Positions 22,348 through 33,201 of a stretch of DNA of 64,000 nt are shown in pieces. The notes beneath the pieces are model-generated. The model saw only the letters and a program-made list of their open reading frames with translations. It did not search any database and was not told the DNA's origin. The first letter of the stretch is position 1, and every line of letters begins with the position of its first letter. This stretch comes from Schmidtea polychroa (lineage: Eukaryota). Location: assembly GCA_044892525.1 (NCBI GenBank), contig CM097885.1, forward strand, positions 11,224,001-11,288,000, in the 5' to 3' direction. A program made the position numbers and the translations under genes.

Positions 22348-23563
22348 TTATACCAACACTGTTCTATTTGCAGTAATTTGAACTTCATTTTCAAATACTC
22401 CGTATATTATAACATGTACTGGTTCAGTAATAACTTTTGCAAACTTTATATCCAGTCGTAAATTTCCATTTTGAGGTAATTGACTTTGATTTAAATCAAA
22501 ATCAGGGGCTAAAACAAATGTAAAAAATGGGTATTTGCTTTTAAAATCTTCTAGAGTTATTCCGCAATTCAAAATTTTATCTAAATAACCCAGATTTCTA
22601 ACAATACTCTGCATATATGTCGCACAGTAATTGTCATTCTCGAAATCTTGAATATATGTTTCTCTATAATCAGTATTTTTCGACAAAGTCAATGATGTAA
22701 CACCAAAGTTTTTGAAAATTGAGCTGGACGCAGTATATGATCCATTATATTGTGCTTCACTTTGAAATGTTATCAGAATAAAATTAGGCATTCTTCTGTC
22801 ACCAAATATTTGTTCTTTATAGAATGATGAAGCACCTTTAGCAATAGCAAATTGTACAATTTCCTTTGTTTTTAATGGATAAATTGCATGTTTTGAATTA
22901 AGACCCAATTGATGACCTGCTAATACTGAGGGGTCTAGTCGTACTCTTCTCACCAATAATTTTGCATCAACTAATTGACATATTGGTGTAGTAGTTCCAC
23001 TAGTAAGAGATAATGCAGAATCAGACCTTTTCAGTCTAATATGTACATTAACTCCCGGTAGTAAATATTTCGGTTGATCCATAAAATCGAGTTGTAATGA
23101 TGAGCACATGGTGAAAACCTTTGAGCCTTTTACCCACTTTTTTCTTTCATCATCACTACCATAACCCATAGGTGTAAGACATGTATTTTTAGTATCAGAA
23201 TTGTAATTTAAAATAGTTTCTATTAATGCCTTGTGAATGAATGTATTATTTCCGCCGTCAATCTTGATATTATTAAATCCCAACACTGCATCTTTAAAAA
23301 GAGTATGAAACAGGAAATTGTTCGGTATTACATCTGCATTGGCATCCAAAACTTTTCTATCTTTATCTACAACCTTAATCTGAACAGTCAATAAAGTATC
23401 GTTCAAATCTAAATATTTGCGAACCATTAATATAAAACTCGATATCATTTCTACTATCGGTAATTGAATTCATAGGAAAAACTTCCTCAAATGCCCCAAA
23501 TTTTATTACAGCCTAGGGCGACGGTCTATCAAATATACATAATTCAGATTTACCACAAATTAT
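22348..23563 (-). pseudogene. Major capsid protein, copy 2 (start codon lost, frameshift near 23418)
   Basis: Highly similar to 2136-3356. ATG changed to ATA and a 5-nt deletion upstream of YLDLND. Confidence 0.88.
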
Positions 23564-23928
23564 TTTGCAAATATAGTTCCATGTCCTTTCATTCGTTTGT
23601 TTATACGTGATATTCCATGTCTTTTACGTTTTGGAGCTGGAGCTGGAGCTGGAGATTTTTCTTTTTGAAACATACCTGCAACCCCGGGTAAAACTTTCCC
23701 TAATTCAGCTAAAGCATTTGTTTTTAGAGATGGTAATATTTTCTGTTCATTCATAATAACGTCTTTTGCAGTTTTCATACCAAAACTACCAATACGTTTA
23801 AGAATAGGCAATGCAAATCTACCAATTGTTCTCAACCATCCCGATCCGTACTGTTTACCAATAAAATATGGTAATTCACCGCCAGATTGGCTACCACTAT
23901 ACATACTAATAATATCAGAATTAGCCAT
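23560..23928 (-). CDS. Basic core or membrane-active precursor protein, copy 2
   Basis: Near-identical to 3353-3724. Confidence 0.7.
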   Translation of the reverse strand: MANSDIISMYSGSQSGGELPYFIGKQYGSGWLRTIGRFALPILKRIGSFGMKTAKDVIMNEQKILPSLKTNALAELGKVLPGVAGMFQKEKSPAPAPAPKRKRHGISRINKRMKGHGTIFAK

Positions 23929-24964
23929 TTATTTTACGAAAATGTAATGTCAAATGAGTTTTTGAACCTTTTGGAAAGTTTATAAGTTTTCCACTATCAT
24001 CACGAATATTTATTTCTATATTGTTTATACATGAACTTGCTATTGATAAATACATGGGATTATCGATATTTATATTGACAACTTCATCATGTTCATATTT
24101 TCCAATCCATACCGATTTCAAAAGAGGAACACTGGAATCACCAACAATTATGGGTTCGATAATGTTAGTATATATGAACATTTGTTGATGATGTTCTAGT
24201 ATTCTTGGTTTGCGTATACCAGTCGAGTTTTCTCGATATTTTTGCTTATCTAATCCAAGTGAATTTGCCAAATTTTTATCAAATGTAACTTCGCAAATAT
24301 CCTCATTTAAACTGAAGGTAAAAATCAAATCTTTCACAATTTCCAAATTTTTAAATATGTGTGAACAATTGAACTTTAAATATTTAAGTAAATCATCAAG
24401 TTTATCAAAATATAATTCATCAGCAAAGGTAAATGATTCTTCAACTTCATCATTATACGACACAGATATTTTGATTTCTTCTTTCACTATACTGTTTGCT
24501 TCAAATAGATTAAAACGTAATAAATACTCGGTCTCCGTAACAATATTTTTCAACTTATTGCAACCCATTCGTTTGGCATCTTCAATAGTTTCGAATGTTA
24601 TTGTAAATGGTTTAAAATCACAACTGATATTTATTCCATCCTTGTAAAACATATAGCAATGCGAATCTAATATTTGATTCGGAATATGATATGTTTTATC
24701 ATAATTACTGATAACAAAGATACCGCTACATGTTTTCACAATATTCCTTTTGAAATCAATCTTACATTGACTATAAAATGGGAATGTGTTGTACACGAAT
24801 GTAAAATCTTGCAGTGCAACTTCCCAGTCACCATTTAAAGAAATCGGATTCTGGAGATTGACCATAAATTTACTGGCTTGATTGTCTGGATGAATTAATG
24901 GGCAACTATTGCTCGGTAAAATAGTATAAAAATTCACTTTACTAGGTCTTTTGCTGATATCCAT
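23921..24964 (-). CDS. Minor capsid protein (penton-like), intact, with divergent central domain
   Basis: Continuous ORF with FYTILPSNS...WEVAL and IVGDS...RDDSG...LHFRK motifs. Start placed at MDISK. Confidence 0.88.
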   Translation of the reverse strand: MDISKRPSKVNFYTILPSNSCPLIHPDNQASKFMVNLQNPISLNGDWEVALQDFTFVYNTFPFYSQCKIDFKRNIVKTCSGIFVISNYDKTYHIPNQILDSHCYMFYKDGINISCDFKPFTITFETIEDAKRMGCNKLKNIVTETEYLLRFNLFEANSIVKEEIKISVSYNDEVEESFTFADELYFDKLDDLLKYLKFNCSHIFKNLEIVKDLIFTFSLNEDICEVTFDKNLANSLGLDKQKYRENSTGIRKPRILEHHQQMFIYTNIIEPIIVGDSSVPLLKSVWIGKYEHDEVVNINIDNPMYLSIASSCINNIEINIRDDSGKLINFPKGSKTHLTLHFRKING

Positions 24965-25802
24965 GACGGGTTTTGATAACCATACCATTTTACATAGTAT
25001 TGTTTATCCTTACCGACCTTTTTAGTTTTCAATATTTTTTGAATTCTAAATACTTTTGGGGGAGGAATGACTTGTAATTCCTGCTCATAAAATTTCCCTT
25101 GTACAATATTATTATCATTGTCTTTGATGACATACATTACAGGATTCTGTTTAGTATTTATTTTTGAAATTACAAAGACTTCATCACTCCAATTTGTATC
25201 AAAATTTTTAATAAATGGTGATGCACTAATTTTACTAATTCTAACATGGTCACCGACTTTATATTTAGGTTTTGCAATTTTTACAGATTTCTTAGAAGTC
25301 AATGATGTTTTTGATGTAATATCAACCGGTCTCAATCCATTCAGTCCTCGATGTGATGAATGATTATAACTTGTTATTATTTTCGGTAAAGCATTTACCC
25401 ATTTTTTATTACCTTGATGCACGAACAATTTCTTTAATCTATCTCTCAATGTACGATTAAATCTTTCAACATGGGCAGCTTTGTATTGAGAATGTACCGA
25501 GTAGTGATTTATTTTGCAAACCTGCTGTATACATTAATACATGTTAAAATATATTTATTCCCATTGTTAATTTTCGAATAAGGTATCATCTCCATCAAAT
25601 CCATTTGCCATAAATCGTCAATACCAAATGTTTTATACGCTCTTGTTGGAAATCTTTTCCGCATTGGTTTGTTCAAACTGTACGCAAGCTGATCTGATAA
25701 CCACTTCTGGGTTTCTTTTTTCGAATTCGGAACTCTTTTCTTTAATTTTGCCACTCCACCGAAACCGGCATCGTCTTCTGGGTTCGTCCAAATCTTCTCC
25801 AT
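24934..25802 (-). pseudogene. Integrase, copy 2, with a ~262-nt deletion removing the intron and second catalytic Asp
   Basis: Junction at ~25515 joins copy-1 positions 5301 and 5564. Confidence 0.88.
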
Positions 25803-25860
25803 TACAACAAGAAGATTTAAAATTAAATTTAATGTCGGGCAATGAAGGATTAGCACCCAT
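25633..25860 (-). CDS. Small predicted N-myristoylated overlapping ORF, copy 2
   Basis: MGANPS...SSCC...RRR, same length as in copy 1. Confidence 0.5.
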   Translation of the reverse strand: MGANPSLPDIKFNFKSSCCNGEDLDEPRRRCRFRWSGKIKEKSSEFEKRNPEVVIRSACVQFEQTNAEKISNKSV

Positions 25861-25863
25861 TGT

Positions 25864-26388
25864 TTATGATTGATTTCCTACAACTCCACCTAATAATGAT
25901 AATGCCAGAGGTATCAATGCTCCAATAAATCCACCTTGTTGTTTATATATAATTTTCCTCATTTGCTTACGATTTTTATTATTTACTAAAGATAACAATG
26001 GTTTCCTATGTTTGCTCAATAAATGCTTTTTTGATTTAGTGATTTTAATTTTGCCTTTGACTACTTTAAGTATAATATTGAGTAAATCATCGACAACAAA
26101 ATTTGGGAATGATTGCAATATATTCAATCTTTTCATACTCGGGGCTTTTAACAATGCATTAAAAAATGGAAAACTGCGATGATTTTTAACTACTTTTTTA
26201 CTGGTTTTACGGGTTTTACGTTTAGGTTTAGGATTTTTCGAAATAAGATTCATTGCAGAGAAATTTTCAGTTACAAGTTTTTTAGATAGTGTATAACTAG
26301 TTGTTGGTGGAACTTTTGGAACTTTAATACTCTTTCTAATACTTTTTCTTAATTTCCTAATATTTTTCACCCTTGCTTTTAGAAACAT
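25864..26388 (-). CDS. Lys/Arg-rich core protein precursor, copy 2
   Basis: Near-identical to 5912-6445 with a 3-codon in-frame deletion. Confidence 0.7.
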   Translation of the reverse strand: MFLKARVKNIRKLRKSIRKSIKVPKVPPTTSYTLSKKLVTENFSAMNLISKNPKPKRKTRKTSKKVVKNHRSFPFFNALLKAPSMKRLNILQSFPNFVVDDLLNIILKVVKGKIKITKSKKHLLSKHRKPLLSLVNNKNRKQMRKIIYKQQGGFIGALIPLALSLLGGVVGNQS

Positions 26389-26406
26389 TATTATTCATAG
26401 AGGTTT

Positions 26407-27033
26407 TCAACTTTGTTTATAAACCATGGCACCTTTTGGGTTGAAAATATCTGTTTTTACTCGTAAATCATCGGGACATTGTTGCGTGAAATCAAGAAAT
26501 ATATATCCATGAGGTATTTTTGTAGCATCTTGAAATGCACTGATAAGAAAATTACGATTGTTAGGGTATGCTTGACGTGCAAGAAAATCAATCACTGTTG
26601 CATCTTTAGGATTCTCTAAAATAACTAAATATTGTACATTTAAATTATGTGTTCGATGTGCCCCACCTTGATGAAATAGATTTTGTGTTATGAAAATAAC
26701 TGTTACACCGACATGTCTGCTGATCTTTGTAAATAAATTATTAAAATCTTTTTCTTTATTAGCTTCTTGATACAAATCATCGATAATAATGACATCACCT
26801 TTCTTTAATCGCCTGGACCAGTTTTTATCGAATCCCTTTACTATTTTCATGTTTTTTAATTTACAGAAACTTGATTGAGTTAATCCATGTTCTTCATCAG
26901 CACCCCTATGCCAATAAATCCTGTTGAATTTTGATTTGAATAAATTTGATTTTAATAATTTACAAACAAATAATGTTTTTCCACTACCGCTCGGACCAAC
27001 GATTTGGTATACTGCATCATTTCTTAATTCCAT
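26407..27033 (-). CDS. Packaging ATPase, copy 2
   Basis: GPSGSGKT, IIIDD and ITQN motifs. Start at MELRN by comparison with copy 1. Confidence 0.9.
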   Translation of the reverse strand: MELRNDAVYQIVGPSGSGKTLFVCKLLKSNLFKSKFNRIYWHRGADEEHGLTQSSFCKLKNMKIVKGFDKNWSRRLKKGDVIIIDDLYQEANKEKDFNNLFTKISRHVGVTVIFITQNLFHQGGAHRTHNLNVQYLVILENPKDATVIDFLARQAYPNNRNFLISAFQDATKIPHGYIFLDFTQQCPDDLRVKTDIFNPKGAMVYKQS

Positions 27034-27136
27034 TTCAAAAATTTTATAAATATATGTGTATTTATTTATATTCGATGATTTAATGAACTCGTGCTCAATT
27101 TGTATATAAAGACTAATTTTCATAAATGATTTAATA

Positions 27137-27574
27137 ATGTTAGCAAATATAAATTATCGAGGAAATTTTGATGTATCGAATATGAGGTTCCCACCAGGGA
27201 AACCCCAACAAATTATCGATAGAAGAGGGAAATATTCGATAATATTTTTCAAGACTGGTAAATGCAAAATCATGGGATGTAAGAAACCTTTGGATATTAA
27301 TAAATTACAATATCGAATAAATAATATTATAATCCAATCAATTACCGTTACTATGGATATGGGACATAGTATCAATCTTTATAACATGTCGAAAAAATGT
27401 GATTGTATGTTTGAACCGGAATTGTTTCCGGCACTAAGACTATTAAAATATAACCCTATATGTGTCAACGTGTTTGCTAGTGGAAAGGTTGTCATGTTGG
27501 GGTTGAGAAATTTGGAGTATAGAGAATTTGTTGACAATGTTCGAAATGAGATAATTTCATTGGTCGATTTCTAA
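27137..27574 (+). CDS. TBP-like protein, copy 2
   Basis: Intact 145 aa with five substitutions versus copy 1. Confidence 0.85.
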   Translation: MLANINYRGNFDVSNMRFPPGKPQQIIDRRGKYSIIFFKTGKCKIMGCKKPLDINKLQYRINNIIIQSITVTMDMGHSINLYNMSKKCDCMFEPELFPALRLLKYNPICVNVFASGKVVMLGLRNLEYREFVDNVRNEIISLVDF

Positions 27575-27648
27575 TTGGTTAATTTTTAATTGGTTATTGT
27601 TTGATTTAAACAAACGGTTTTTTGTTTAGGATTCATTTATTCAACAAC

Positions 27649-28065
27649 ATGTACAAAATACCAAGCGCAGCAAATTTAATGAAAGATATTGACGACTACG
27701 GTAAATTTAAAATTTTTATTTTCACATTTTTTATATTTATTATTTTAGAAAAATATTTAGAAGTAATGCTCAATAGGATAAAATATTATTATCCTCAAAT
27801 TGCAGAAATAATCAAGGATAGAGAACCAGAAATCATTCCGGATCTCATATTCTATTCCACTCAAATTAGAATCATGGAGGTATTCCATCAATTTTTATGG
27901 GATATCAAGATTAATAGAACCATGAAACAAATGGAGCTGGAGTATCAATGTATGTTCGGATGTTCATGCTGTGCCGATCGATATCGGCGATATGTCGAAT
28001 GGGAGTTAGTGAAAACTCTGAGAAGGTTTCACTACTCCCGGATTGTTGATTTAGGTTATCAATAA
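27649..28065 (+). CDS. Unknown accessory protein with Cys cluster (CMFGCSCC); intron 27701-27748
   Basis: ATG at 27649. The 48-nt GTAAAT...TTTAG intron is also present in the copy 1 remnant. AATAAA overlaps the stop. Confidence 0.65.
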   Translation: MYKIPSAANLMKDIDDYGKFKIFIFTFFIFIILEKYLEVMLNRIKYYYPQIAEIIKDREPEIIPDLIFYSTQIRIMEVFHQFLWDIKINRTMKQMELEYQCMFGCSCCADRYRRYVEWELVKTLRRFHYSRIVDLGYQ

Positions 28066-28270
28066 ATGTATTTTTGTTTTTATTGTGATTTTATATTTGA
28101 AATAATAATATATAATAATAGTAATAATAATAATAATATAAATAGAAATAGTAATAATAGAAATAATAATAATAGAAATAGAAATAATATAAATAGTAAT
28201 AATAAAACATTAATAATAAAACATTAATAATAATAATATTTCACATTAATAGAACATAAATGCAGCAATA

Positions 28271-28381
28271 ATGCAAATGACATGCAAATTTAAACAAAGA
28301 CCTGCTATAATCTGATTGGTTGATAGGCATGAGTCAAAGGTATAAAAACCCTGTAACATTTCAATTTAATCATTATTCACT
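28271..28381 (+). promoter_or_regulatory. Compact Pol II promoter: two octamers, CCAAT, AP-1 site, TATA
   Basis: ATGCAAAT at 28271 and 28282, GATTGG at ~28314, TGAGTCA at ~28330 and TATAAAA at 28341, ~40 nt before the ATG at 28382. Confidence 0.65.
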
Positions 28382-28873
28382 ATGACCAAGAAAATTTCAT
28401 GCACCGAAAAACCAAAAGAAATGGTACAACCAGTTCAAATGTTCCACAACTACAAAATGTATTTTTTAAAAGAAGAAATCAATATAAAATTGGTGTCACC
28501 GATCAAGCTAATTCCAACTAAATTTCAATTCTTATCCGGCACGCTTTCAATGATTGATGTCAAAACTATTGATAATGTTTTTAAACGGATAGATTCGAAT
28601 CTATCTTGTAATCAACATGCATGGTTCAACAATAGATATGCAAGATTTTATGATGCTTTTGATGAAATCAGTTTCAAAGAAAATGAAAATTGGTATATAA
28701 CAATTGCAATCCAGGGATATAAAGTTGATAATAATGATGTATATTCTCCTATTTGGAAAATTATGTCTGCTAGACTTTCACAAATATTTATAATATATTT
28801 AATAAATGTATTAGTCATAATTGTTTTTCTCTTTATTAATTGCAACATAAATGCAAATGACATGCAAATTTAA
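28382..28873 (+). CDS. Unknown accessory protein, possibly OB-fold/ssDNA-binding; true 3' end uncertain
   Basis: ORF downstream of a clear promoter, with a beta-rich aromatic segment WYITIAIQGYK...SPIWKI. The fold suggestion is a weak inference. Confidence 0.5.
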   Translation: MTKKISCTEKPKEMVQPVQMFHNYKMYFLKEEINIKLVSPIKLIPTKFQFLSGTLSMIDVKTIDNVFKRIDSNLSCNQHAWFNNRYARFYDAFDEISFKENENWYITIAIQGYKVDNNDVYSPIWKIMSARLSQIFIIYLINVLVIIVFLFINCNINANDMQI

Positions 28874-28922
28874 CAAAGAAAATCTATAAACAAACTTATA
28901 ATATAGTTTTAAAGTGATAAAA

Positions 28923-29322
28923 ATGACTGCGGAAAAAGGTTAACATGATTAATTAATTACCGAATTATTTATTATTTAGAATTTGTAATCAACTTTTTGT
29001 TGGAAAAGTTAGCAGAAATATCTGGTGTGAAAATTGAGGACATATTATTTATTACAAATGCCTTAAATATCGGCTGGATAGTTGAGAGTCAAGATCAGGA
29101 TTTGATGATGAGGGAGAAACTCAAGAAATTGATGAGGAAGAAACTCAAGAAATTGATGAGGAAATCTATGAACCTATAGATGAACCTATTGATGAACCTA
29201 TAGAGGAACCTATAGAGGAACCTAACGATGAATCTAAAGATAATATTACGACTGATTGTATTGATCATGTCGTTGAAAATATAATGAAATGTGGAGATGA
29301 CGACTGCGAATGTGTTAATTAA
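28923..29322 (+). pseudogene. Acidic repeat-containing accessory gene (intron 28939-28979; frameshift near 29100)
   Basis: MTAEK|EFVINFLLEK..., then in a shifted frame ETQEIDEE x2, (D/E)EPI repeats and a Cys-rich end CIDH...KCGDDDCECVN*. Confidence 0.6.
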
Positions 29323-29392
29323 TAAATTTTAGTTAATTAGTGTTTGTAAATTTATTTAAAATTTTATTTAAAAATCAAACAAAATAACTATA

Positions 29393-29903
29393 TTAATTTT
29401 TATTTAAAAATCGCGATAAAGCATACAAAATAGCAACACCTGTTGCAAGTTTTATATAGTTTTTAAATTTCATTTTCTGTTCATCTATTTCCTTCGCATT
29501 TCTGGCGAGTTGATTCAGTACGCCCCATCCGCCATTGTCTTCAATCCATGGTTGAAACTTTGACTTGATTATCTAGAAAATAATTATTAATAAAATATAG
29601 ATTATAAAAGTATTACTTCTTGAGACCACTGATAATAATGTTCAGAGTCCCATAAACTTTTTTCGATTATGATCTTCATATAAGCGGTATTCGAGTCCAC
29701 TTCATCTTATCGTCACATAGGCAGTTAAAAATCCTATGAAAATAGAATTTTTTCGTTTCGAGGCAATCGGAATTGAGCACATCCTCATAATCAATATGAT
29801 TTCCTTCGATAATCTTTTCGGTCCGATCGATCAGGAAACTGAGGCTTTCCATAATCTTCTTGTTAATAACTTGGCTTAAAAGATTTTCCATAAAATGAGA
29901 CAT
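29393..29903 (-). pseudogene. Viral Bcl-2-family gene (BH3-BH1-BH2-TM); intron 29573-29616; frameshift near 29688
   Basis: BH3-like IMESLSFLIDRTE, BH1-like FHRIFNCLCDDKMKWTRI, BH2 FQPWIEDNGGW (exon 2) and tail anchor YIKLATGVAILYALSRFLNKN*. Confidence 0.8.
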
Positions 29904-30007
29904 TTCTACAATAATTAAAATATGATGTTTTATTTATACTAATACCGTATGATTTTGATTGGTTAATAGACTATAAATGTAAAAGAAAAGTTTTGATTTG
30001 ATACACC

Positions 30008-30508
30008 ATGAAAACTATATTCATATTGTTAATTATTATAACGAGTGTGTGCTCACACAATACAACAATAACCGTGGAGTCTTTTAATAAATCAATATGT
30101 GTTTGTCCGAATACAGCCAAGTTGATGGATATTTTATATATTCTCGACAAACCAAAATGGTCAAAGCATCCAGGAAAAAGAATATCTCAAAGATTGGAGA
30201 ATTTAGAAAACAGTTATGAACTATCATTTTAATATATACAAAATATAAAAATTAAATTGATTGATCATATTGAAGTTTTCAATAACTCTATTGTTGAAAA
30301 TAAAAAGAATATGAAAATTATTGATAAGAAGCATGATTATTTGTTAAAAAAGATCGAATTATTATTAAGAGAACTTCAAATAATCAAAGGATCAATAGAA
30401 TATCTGAAAATCAATTCAACGTTACCAATTTCAAACAATATTGCTGCGAATACTAGTACATCAATATTTAGTTTACCTTTGTTAATTTTACATTATTTTA
30501 TTGTTTAA
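30008..30508 (+). pseudogene. Secreted or GPI-anchored glycoprotein, copy 2, with premature stop at 30230-30232
   Basis: Near-identical to 8064-8564; GAA changed to TAA. Confidence 0.8.
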
Positions 30509-30534
30509 ATAAATGTATGTTTTGTTGATTTGTT

Positions 30535-30643
30535 TAATAATACCCTTGTGAGATGTTGAGCGTGAGCAGTACCCTTTTGAGCATTACCCATAGGTGGACA
30601 AAATATTTTGTCGGATAAACTCGGAGTATATAGATTAATACTC

Positions 30644-30716
<73 letters not shown>

Positions 30717-30750
30717 TTATTATAATAATAATAATAATAATATTAATAAT

Positions 30751-30799
<49 letters not shown>

Positions 30800-31362
30800 T
30801 TTTTAAAAATAATAATAATTATATATCATTGATCATGGTCTTGGGAAAATGTTAATAACTTTGCCAATATTAAAGATGGGGGGGGTCAAAACATCCTGTC
30901 GAATAAACTCAGAGTATATATAATAAAACTGATCAACAATAAGTATTTATTGAATGCGATTTTTACATTACAATAATAAGTCAGTAGTAATAATTTAAAA
31001 GAAGAATGTTTTGTAAATTAGAATTCATTGGTATTTCATTGTAATTTTTAATTATCATCAATTCCACGTAGTGATGAGTTGACAATTATTCAATTTTGAT
31101 GAAAATCAACATTTTTGTTAAACGTAGACATTTTGAAAAGGTTTTTCTACTGATTGTAATTAAAATTATTATAGAAGCTGTATAAAAAAAATTAATTTAA
31201 AAAAAATACATTTCATAAAATACAATAAAGGATATTTAGTTGATTGTAAGTAGTTAGTTGTAAGTATGTGGTTGTTTGAGAGTTAGTACGTGGTATCATG
31301 TTGAAAGCATTTGTTAGTACCTAGTTAAAAATATTTAGTAACCGATTGTTTGTAACTGTTGA

Positions 31363-31405
<43 letters not shown>

Positions 31406-33051
31406 CATTAAAATTTTCATTAAAAATTTACTTAAAAAATTATTTCATTAAAATTAACTTAAAAAATATTTCATAAAAATTTTCATTAAAAATTTACTTA
31501 AAAAATTATTTCATTAAAATTAACTTAAAAAATTTTACATTTAAAATTAACTTAAAAAAATTTTCATTTAAATTTTCATTAAAAATTACATTTATCAAAA
31601 AAGTTGGTGGTTATTCAATCTTTTGATAATAAATTTAAAAATCTTAGTTTAATTTACTTATTACATTACTTATTTAAAAATTATTACTTTAATTTACTCA
31701 TTTAGCTTTAATTTAAAATTTGAACCATTGTTTTCTTTAATTTTAAATTTTGAACCATAATTTACTTATTTAAAATTTTTAACTTTAATTTACTTATCCT
31801 TAATTTACCTAATTATTCTTGATTACTTAATTTTACATAATAATTTACTAAACAACTAATTATAACCCTTATTTTCATATTTAACTAATAATTTAATGTG
31901 GTCATCTGGTTATAAGTACTTGGTATCTAGTTGACAGTGCTTAGTACTAGGTAAGTTACTTGGTTGTTAGTACTTGGTATCTGGTTGTTGTCGGTTGTTT
32001 GTACTTGGTAGGTGGTAGCTAGTTGTTAGCTGGTTTTTTTAGTTGTTAGTACTTGGTAGTTGGTTAATAATACTTAGTACTTGGTTGTTGTTGGTTGTAT
32101 GTACTTGGTAGGTGGTTGTAGGTACTTAGTAGTTGGTAGTTAATGCTTAGTACCTGGTTGTTGACGGTTGTTAGTACTTGGTAGGTGGTAGCTAGTTGTT
32201 AGCTGGTTTTTTTAGTTGTTAGTACTTGGTAGTTGGTTAATAATACTTAGTACTTGGTTGTTGTTGGTTGTATGTACTTGGTAGGTGGTTGTAGGTACTT
32301 AGTAGTTGGTAGTTAATGCTTAGTACCTGGTTGTTGTCGGTTGTTAGTACTTGGTAGGTGGTAGCTAGTTGGTTGGAGGTACTTAGTAGTTGGTTACTAA
32401 TGCTTAGTACCTGGTTGTTGACGGTTGTGAGTACTTGGTAGGTGGTAGCTAGTTGTTAGCTGGTTGTAAGTAGTTGGTACAGTGTTGTTTACTGATTGTT
32501 GTTATATAGTTGTAGGTATCTGGTTGTAAATACATGTTCGAAAGTTACTGGTTGTTGGTACTATGTTTTTGGTTTGTTGTTGAATTATTATTAAAATTTG
32601 TCTTTGAAAAATATTTCAAAAAACTTTTCATTAAAAATTATCTTAAAAATTAATTCATAAAAATTTCCATTAAAAATTATCTTAAAAAATTATTTCATAA
32701 AAATTTCTAATAAAATTACTTAAAAAATTATTTCATAAAAATTTTCATTAAAAAATTTCAATTCTGAAACACCTACTATTATTCCAACTTTTTGTTAATA
32801 AATTTTAAAATCTTACTTTAATATACTTATTATATTACTTATTTAAAAATTATTACTTTAATTTACTTATTTAAAATTTTTTACCATTGATTACTTAATT
32901 TTAAAATTTGGACCTTAATTAACTTTAATTTAAATTTTTAGAACCTTAATTTAGTTATTTGAGCCGTTTCATTACTTTAATTTAAAATTTTGGACCTTGA
33001 TTTACTTTAATTTTAAAATTTGGATCATTATTTACTTTAATTTAAAAATTT
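30535..33051 (-). repeat. Right arm of copy 2: mosaic inverted repeat of satellite blocks, outer end truncated
   Basis: Reverse complement matches 21400-22300/56170-58441 and 61350-61430. Contains (AAT)n at 30644-30820. Confidence 0.8.
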
Positions 33052-33201
33052 ATTAATAATTCTGTCAAATTATTTATATTGAAATTAAAAATGTTTTTCT
33101 TTCAACTAACTGGTTGATGAATAAATTATTTATGAAACTAAAATTCTTTTAATGAAATTTTATTTGTTTAAATATTGGTTTTACTATAAAATATTCAAGA
33201 A

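Larger units (their letters stand above)
14739..23130 (+). repeat. Segmental duplication unit A (copy at 49500-57070 and 63172-64000)
   Basis: Near base-for-base identity at an offset of ~34.77 kb. Unit A lacks the ~6.1 kb present at 57071-63171. Confidence 0.92.
20449..33051. mobile_element. Polinton copy 2 (internally deleted, several genes disabled), bracketed by long satellite-like inverted arms
   Basis: Same gene order as copy 1. Begins AGTAGGTAGTTAGT at 20449; 21400-22300 is inverted relative to ~31950-33051. Confidence 0.85.

Noticed and set aside
24210..24647. 145-aa plus-strand ORF, and other antisense ORFs such as 5519-5740, 7207-7428 and 42385-42729
   Set aside because: Antisense shadows of real genes with no recognisable motifs; 24210-24647 has no counterpart in copy 1.
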